NCBI GenBank assembly: GCA_965199495.1
Contig: CBDASK010000003.1
Location: forward strand, 2,432,001-2,496,000
Source: Abditibacterium sp.
GTDB taxonomy: Bacteria > Armatimonadota > Abditibacteriia > Abditibacteriales > Abditibacteriaceae
DNA: 64,000 nucleotides
Direction: 5' to 3'
Position 1 is the first letter of the stretch. Every line of letters starts with the position of its first letter. The translations under genes and the position numbers were made by a program. Shown piece after piece: positions 58,863 to 64,000 of this stretch. The notes below the pieces were generated by a model, which did no database searches, had not been told where the DNA came from, and saw nothing but the letters and a program-made list of their open reading frames with translations.

Positions 58863-59324
58863 ATGGGAAAAATTTTAGTGGCCGACGACGAAGATGATGT
58901 GCGGCTTTCGCTCGAACGCAGACTGCGGCGCGATGGACATAATGTCACCATTGCTGGCTCCGAACTCGAAGCGGCGCGCGCCATCGAAGACGCGCCGGTG
59001 CCATTTGACGTAGTTTTGACCGATATGCTGATGGAATCGCCCAATTCGGGCGTCGAAGTTTTAAAGTCGGCGCTGGCGCGCGACGTGTTTACCGAAGTCG
59101 TGGTTCTGACGGCTTATGGCAACGTGACCAACGCCGTCGAGTGCATGAAAATGGGCGCCTTCGATTACATCGAAAAGAACATTCCCGGCGTGGATGTTTA
59201 CGAACTCATCTCGATTAAGATCGAGCAAGCGTTGGAACGACGCCGTTCGAGTTTGTCAACGGTGCGCCGCCTCGAATCGTTCGCCAAAGTCCGCGAAATG
59301 CAGGACGAACACGGCGGAAATTAG
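58863..59324 (+). CDS. Single-domain response regulator
   Basis: ILVADDE, VLTDMLM, LTAYG, AFDYIEK; no output domain. Confidence 0.9.
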   Translation: MGKILVADDEDDVRLSLERRLRRDGHNVTIAGSELEAARAIEDAPVPFDVVLTDMLMESPNSGVEVLKSALARDVFTEVVVLTAYGNVTNAVECMKMGAFDYIEKNIPGVDVYELISIKIEQALERRRSSLSTVRRLESFAKVREMQDEHGGN

Positions 59325-59382
59325 AAGTTAGAAAATGGAAGTTGTCGCGCGACGTGGCTGCTTCTGACCTCTCAAAAGAATC

Positions 59383-59817
59383 ATGGAAGACGAACCTCTG
59401 GAACCGTTGCCTTTTGGCACGCGCGTAGAAATCGGCGGGCGCACGATGCTGCGCCCCGGCTTTTCGCTCGTCGGCTTGACTGGCATGGTTTATCTGCAAT
59501 CGCCCGGCACGCCGCCCGGCTGCACAACGGTTATTGTTGACTGGAAATCGCACGGCTACACGCCCGAAGGCGGCTATCCCGAAGACAGTTTGCCGCCGAT
59601 GGTCAACGTGCCGACCCAACATTTGACGATTTTCGAGGGCGAAGTCGAAGAACCCGAAGTCAAAGCCAAACCGAAATTCGTGCCGCGCCCCGACCGCATT
59701 GACCCGCGCACCGGACGCCCCGCCGACGAAGGCGCATCGGCGCCCGCGCCAACACCAGCCACGCCGGAAGACAAAGACGACGATGAGCCAATACGCCCGG
59801 CGTTGCGGCTGGTTTAG
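59383..59817 (+). CDS. Hypothetical protein
   Basis: 144 aa ORF with codon style typical of the window, followed by a terminator; Pro/acidic tail. Confidence 0.65.
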   Translation: MEDEPLEPLPFGTRVEIGGRTMLRPGFSLVGLTGMVYLQSPGTPPGCTTVIVDWKSHGYTPEGGYPEDSLPPMVNVPTQHLTIFEGEVEEPEVKAKPKFVPRPDRIDPRTGRPADEGASAPAPTPATPEDKDDDEPIRPALRLV

Positions 59818-59831
59818 AATGTCAGGCGCAC

Positions 59832-59870
59832 AAAAATGGCGATTGAAACTCAGTTTCAATCGCCATTTTT
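59832..59870. terminator. Bidirectional terminator
   Basis: aaaaatggcgattgaaact-c-agtttcaatcgccattttt between convergent genes. Confidence 0.8.
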
Positions 59871-59873
59871 TGT

Positions 59874-61034
59874 TTAAACGCCCTGCGCGCGCGCCGGGCG
59901 CGTGCCCGCTTTCAAATCATATTTTTGCGTTTTGCCGTCGCTCCACACTTCGACGCTGAGCGGCGCGCCCGGCTTGGCGCTACCAATTAAATTGCGCAGT
60001 TCGCCCGGCGTATCAATTGTTTTTCCGTTGATTTTGGTGATGACATCGGTTCCGCGTTGGCTCCACGGCACCGCTCCGGCGGGCGATTGCGGATAGACGC
60101 CCGTGACCAAAACGCCGTCTTGCAAGCCCAGTTGGTCGCCGATGTCGCCCGTGAGCGGTTGAACCGTGACGCCCAGCCAACCGCGCGTGACGTGGCCGGT
60201 GGCTGCTAACTGCGCGCCGACCGAGTGCGCCAGATTCGCCGGAATCGCCAAGCCGATGCCTTGGTTGCCGCCGCTTTCGCTCAAAATCGCGGAGTTGATG
60301 CCGACCAAATCGCCGTTAATATCAACCAACGCGCCGCCCGAATTGCCGGGGTTAATCGCGGCGTCGGTCTGCAAGAAATCTTCGTAAGCCGAAATACCCA
60401 GATCGCTGCGGCCCTTCGCCGAAATGATGCCTTGCGTCACCGTCGAACTCAAATTGAACGGACTGCCAATCGCCAAAACGATGTCGCCGACGTTGATTTT
60501 GTCGGAATCGGCCCAATTCAAAGTCGGCAAATTCGAGCCTTCGATTTTCAGCATGGCGATGTCGGAATCGGCGTCGGTGCCCAAAAGTTTGGCGGTGAAA
60601 CGGCGCCGGTCGGTCAGCGTGACCGTTATGCGCGTCGCGTTTTTGATGACGTGATTGTTGGTCACGATCAGGCCGCTACCGTCGATAATGACGCCCGAAC
60701 CCAGCGATTGCGCTTTTTGGTCGGGTTCGCGCAATGGGCGCCCGCCGAAACTGCCGTCGCCGAAGAAATCGCTCATCGGATCGCGAAAAACGCGGCCCGG
60801 AATCACGCTTTCCGATTGGATATTGACAACGGCGGGCGTGACCTTGCGCGAAATCTGCGCGTAAGTCGAGGATAACGCCGCCAAATCGTCGGCGTTACGG
60901 ATGGTGTTTTGGGCTTGCGCGGTTTTGTTGATCGAATTGGAATTATGTTGCGCGCAGGCACCAATGACAAAAGAAAGAGCCGCAACTCCCAAAACGGCGG
61001 GCACCAGACGAGGGGAACGAGAATGAATTTTCAT
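59874..61034 (-). CDS. HtrA/DegP-family serine protease with one PDZ domain
   Basis: GSGVII, TNNHV, DIA, QTDAAINPGNSGGAL, RGWLGV. Confidence 0.93.
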   Translation of the reverse strand: MKIHSRSPRLVPAVLGVAALSFVIGACAQHNSNSINKTAQAQNTIRNADDLAALSSTYAQISRKVTPAVVNIQSESVIPGRVFRDPMSDFFGDGSFGGRPLREPDQKAQSLGSGVIIDGSGLIVTNNHVIKNATRITVTLTDRRRFTAKLLGTDADSDIAMLKIEGSNLPTLNWADSDKINVGDIVLAIGSPFNLSSTVTQGIISAKGRSDLGISAYEDFLQTDAAINPGNSGGALVDINGDLVGINSAILSESGGNQGIGLAIPANLAHSVGAQLAATGHVTRGWLGVTVQPLTGDIGDQLGLQDGVLVTGVYPQSPAGAVPWSQRGTDVITKINGKTIDTPGELRNLIGSAKPGAPLSVEVWSDGKTQKYDLKAGTRPARAQGV

Positions 61035-61145
61035 GGCGGGCAGGTCGGCTCAGATTTGGTGCCGAGATTTGGGTTGGAAAGTTCGCCGAGCGCTTTGTGA
61101 CGCGCAGGTGCGCGGAGATTTGTGGAGCGCAGTGACGTTTATTCC

Positions 61146-63014
61146 TCAACCTTTCTCGACCAAATACGCCCGCGCCCCAAACTTCACCACATCGCCAATA
61201 AGCAAAGCTGTCGGCGCGTTCGCCGCCAGCTTGCGACTATTAACGAACGTGCCATTGGTCGAACCCAAATCGGTCACGATCAATGCTTTTGGCCCGATTT
61301 GCAAGCGCGCGTGGCGCGACGAAACGCCCGCGTCGGCGATGATTAAATCGTTGTCCGCCGCGCGTCCGAGAGTTAAAGTTCCGCTCGCGGGCAAGTTCAA
61401 CGCGGGTTCGCCGCGCAGTCGCCACGAAGCAGCCACCGGCATCGGCTCGGCGACGATTGGCGGTTGAATCGGCGCGGTTTGAACTGGAATCGGTGCGCGT
61501 GGCTGGATGGGCGCGGCGCCCGCGCCTTCGAGATAGAGCGTGATTTCGACGTTGCCGAAACGGCGCGTATCGCCGTTTTGGAGCGGGCGCGTTTGGCCGG
61601 TGAAATCGGTCAAAGTTGGGTGCCCGCCCTCAAAGGCGTAGCGCGCGGCGACGGCGGGGGCTTCGCGCGTGAAGATGCGACATTTGCTGCGGTCACTGCC
61701 AACGGCTAACGGCTGCGCGCCCAGACTAAGGTCGAACGCGTCTTTGGGACCATAAGAAACGTGCAGATAGGCTTTGCGAAACGCGACTTCGGCCCAGACG
61801 ACCATCGCGCCGATGGCGAAACCCAAAATCGTGGCGCCCAGCAAACGGCCCGTCACATCGTTGGCAAAACGCGCGGCCAAAATAAACGCCATCGCGCCGA
61901 TCCAGCCGCCGCCCGCGCCGCCCAAAATCGCGCGCCACGCTTGCAGATTGGGCACGAACGGCGCGAGGCCCGCGCCCAAGAGGGCGCCGCCCGCCGCCCA
62001 CGCGACCAGACGGCTGAGCGTGATGGTGAAGTTGTTATCGCCCGCGCCCGAAAAAATCAGTTGCCCCAGCAAACCGGCGACGCATCCGGCACCCAAGCCC
62101 GCCGCCATGCCGCCGATTTCGGCCCAGCCGACTTTGCGCCGCGTGGTGCGACTTTGTATGCCAATTAAAGCGATGGAGGCGCCCAATCCGACCAATGCCG
62201 CCCAGACCGCCGTGCGCGTCCATTCGAGCGCGGCGTCGTAGTTCGCGACGGCGTGCGATTGAATCATCGCGCGGCCTTTGTTGCCGGTTAAGGCTTGTTC
62301 GGCGCGCTGAAACGCTTCGCCGAAACTGCCCGCCGACGCGGCAAAAACTAAATTGGGATCGCCCGTTAATTGCGCCAGATAATCTTTGTCGGCGTCGTCG
62401 GTGCCAATCGCCACGATTTTCATCCCCGAACTCCGCGCGCCCTGCGCGACTTTTAACGTTCGAGCAACGGGATTGACATTCGTGCCATCGTCGTTCGCAC
62501 CGTCGGGATAGCCGTCGGTAAACAGTAGGATATTGCGCGCTTCGGTCGTCTGTTTGGCCGTGCCCGCGAGGGCGAGTTGCGGCGTTTGCGGCAAGGCGCC
62601 GACGGCGCTTTGCATTCCCAAATCCATGCGCGTCGAACCGTCCACGCTCAGACTGTCAATCGCGCCGTGGAGCGCCAGAGGGTCACGCGAAAGCGGGCTG
62701 ACGACGCGACTTTGCGAGTTGAATTCGATGACGGCCACGCGGGCGGTCGCGAAATCCTGCCGGTCAATATAAGCGTTGGCGGCGCGCTTCATTTCGTCGA
62801 GGGAACCGAACATCATGCTGCCCGATGTATCCAAAACCAGCGCAACAGCTTGAGGCGGCGCGGGCGGCGGCGGTGGGGGCGGCGGTGGAGGCGGCGGCGC
62901 GGTGAGCGCCAGAAATCCCTCGCCCAGCGCCGCGAAAAGCAGCGTGCCCAGCGCGGCGGTCGCGCCGAAAAGCATCGGTTTTTTCCAGCGGTTGTGGCGA
63001 GAGGGCGATTGCAT
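61146..63014 (-). CDS. vWA domain + multi-TM + degenerate FHA + FHA protein
   Basis: Polyproline linker; DTSGS MIDAS and TDG; about 5-6 Gly-rich TMs; GRAADND..VSSRHA..DLGSTNGT. Confidence 0.88.
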   Translation of the reverse strand: MQSPSRHNRWKKPMLFGATAALGTLLFAALGEGFLALTAPPPPPPPPPPPPAPPQAVALVLDTSGSMMFGSLDEMKRAANAYIDRQDFATARVAVIEFNSQSRVVSPLSRDPLALHGAIDSLSVDGSTRMDLGMQSAVGALPQTPQLALAGTAKQTTEARNILLFTDGYPDGANDDGTNVNPVARTLKVAQGARSSGMKIVAIGTDDADKDYLAQLTGDPNLVFAASAGSFGEAFQRAEQALTGNKGRAMIQSHAVANYDAALEWTRTAVWAALVGLGASIALIGIQSRTTRRKVGWAEIGGMAAGLGAGCVAGLLGQLIFSGAGDNNFTITLSRLVAWAAGGALLGAGLAPFVPNLQAWRAILGGAGGGWIGAMAFILAARFANDVTGRLLGATILGFAIGAMVVWAEVAFRKAYLHVSYGPKDAFDLSLGAQPLAVGSDRSKCRIFTREAPAVAARYAFEGGHPTLTDFTGQTRPLQNGDTRRFGNVEITLYLEGAGAAPIQPRAPIPVQTAPIQPPIVAEPMPVAASWRLRGEPALNLPASGTLTLGRAADNDLIIADAGVSSRHARLQIGPKALIVTDLGSTNGTFVNSRKLAANAPTALLIGDVVKFGARAYLVEKG

Positions 63015-63028
63015 GGAGGAAAGTAAAA

Positions 63029-63237
63029 CGCGTTTCGGTTAGTTTGCTCTGTTCTCTCGCTTCGCTTTGTCATTCTGAGCGGCGTGAGGAACGAACGAAG
63101 TCGAAGAATCCATAACTCTCGATGAAGTGAAAGCGAAGTTCAGTCACGACCGATGGATTCTTCGACTTCGTTCGTTCCTCACGCCGCTCAGAATGACAAA
63201 GCGAAGCGAGAGAACAGAGCAAACTAACCGAAACGCG
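63029..63237. repeat. Palindromic element family A, copy 3, nested in longer arms (about 84 bp perfect inverted repeat)
   Basis: cgcgtttcggttagtttgctctgttctctcgcttcgctttgtcattctgagc...gaatcca and exact reverse arm. Confidence 0.9.
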
Positions 63238-63283
63238 CTCACAGGGACAATGAACGGCAGGCGTCATGGCTCGAAATTTAGAA

Positions 63284-64000
63284 TTACAAAGCCCGCAACG
63301 CGAAGTCGAGTTTGCCCAATCGCACGCGGTCGCCGACGTTTAATTTGCGCGCGACGTTCGGCGCCAACTTCTCGCCGTTGACGAAGGTGCCGTTGGTCGA
63401 ACCCAAATCGGTCAGTTGCAGCGCGCCGCACTGCCATTGCACTTGCGCGTGGCGCGACGAAACGCCCGCATCGGCCACGACAATCGCGCTATTGGCCGTG
63501 CGCCCGATTGTCGCGGGTTGCTCGCACTTGGGAATCGCGAGGCTGTGGCCTTGAAGCGACAAAAACGCGAAATTTGGCATCGTCGCGCGAATCGTCGGCG
63601 CGTTGGCCGAAACGGACGCGGGCGCCGTGGCTGCATCGGGCGCGGCCCAACCGGCGACCGTTTTCGCGTTAGAAGTTGCGGGCGAATTGGCGGGCGGCGC
63701 GTAAATTGGCGCGGCGGTAGGCGATGGGTAAGTGGGCGTTCGCGATTTACTTGATTTCGATTGAAAGCGAAATTGGGTGGCGCCGATTTTTAGCGTGTCG
63801 CCCGGCGTTAAGGGCGCGTTCTCGCACGCGACGCCGTTGATTCCAATGGCCTCGCCCTGCCAAAACCATTGGCCGTTTTGCGAAACTAAGGCGCCCAATT
63901 TGGCGGGCAAATGTGTGTCACGAAACAGCGAAATCGCGTTCGATTCGTCGCGACCAACCGAAACGCGCGCCGTGTTGAGCGGATATTCTTTGCCCTCGTA
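63284..64000 (-). CDS. Tandem-FHA protein, 5' end beyond the window
   Basis: Frame open to the edge (YEGKEYPLNTARVSVGRDESNAISLFRD...); degenerate FHA, Pro/Ala linker, canonical FHA (GRTANS..VSSRHA..DLGSTNGT). Confidence 0.85.
   Translation of the reverse strand, partial: YEGKEYPLNTARVSVGRDESNAISLFRDTHLPAKLGALVSQNGQWFWQGEAIGINGVACENAPLTPGDTLKIGATQFRFQSKSSKSRTPTYPSPTAAPIYAPPANSPATSNAKTVAGWAAPDAATAPASVSANAPTIRATMPNFAFLSLQGHSLAIPKCEQPATIGRTANSAIVVADAGVSSRHAQVQWQCGALQLTDLGSTNGTFVNGEKLAPNVARKLNVGDRVRLGKLDFALRAL

Noticed and set aside
62852..62900. GGCGGC-rich tract as a tandem repeat or contingency locus
   Set aside because: Explained by the polyproline linker, with mixed codons

Overview
A 64 kb GC-rich bacterial chromosomal window. 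Gene content (a DUF1559/H-X9-DG prepilin-like gene, vWA/FHA membrane proteins, LPS-core genes) suggests Abditibacteriota/Armatimonadota; this is an inference. From left to right it holds: a minus-strand glycan-utilisation-like locus (XylR-type regulator, prepilin-like protein, sulfatase, glutaminase-A-like six-hairpin protein, a partial hypothetical); an alkyltransferase-like protein; a ClC-CBS channel; a DEAD-box helicase; an RND pump; a nitrate-assimilation cluster (NrtA/B/C-type ABC transporter, outer-membrane beta-barrel, Mo-nitrate reductase, NAD(P)H-flavoprotein partner); murD-ftsW-sugar kinase-cysteine desulfurase; a cellulose-synthase-like GT2 fusion; namZ; lepB; a META/DUF4377 protein; TIGR04222 and DUF1287 genes; clpX; recA; LPS-core transferases; an NRAMP transporter; a clan GH-A hydrolase; a two-component pair; HtrA; and two FHA proteins. 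I found no rRNA, tRNA, CRISPR array or transposase. The most notable signals are non-coding. (1) A MITE occurs twice, each time with a target duplication, inserted at the same register of a REP-like sequence whose empty form is also in the window, and it carries a GTAG-REPIN. (2) The 9-mer GCAGCCACG is dispersed and strongly over-represented. (3) A long palindromic element sits at every gene junction of the nitrate cluster. (4) murD contains an AT-rich in-frame patch.
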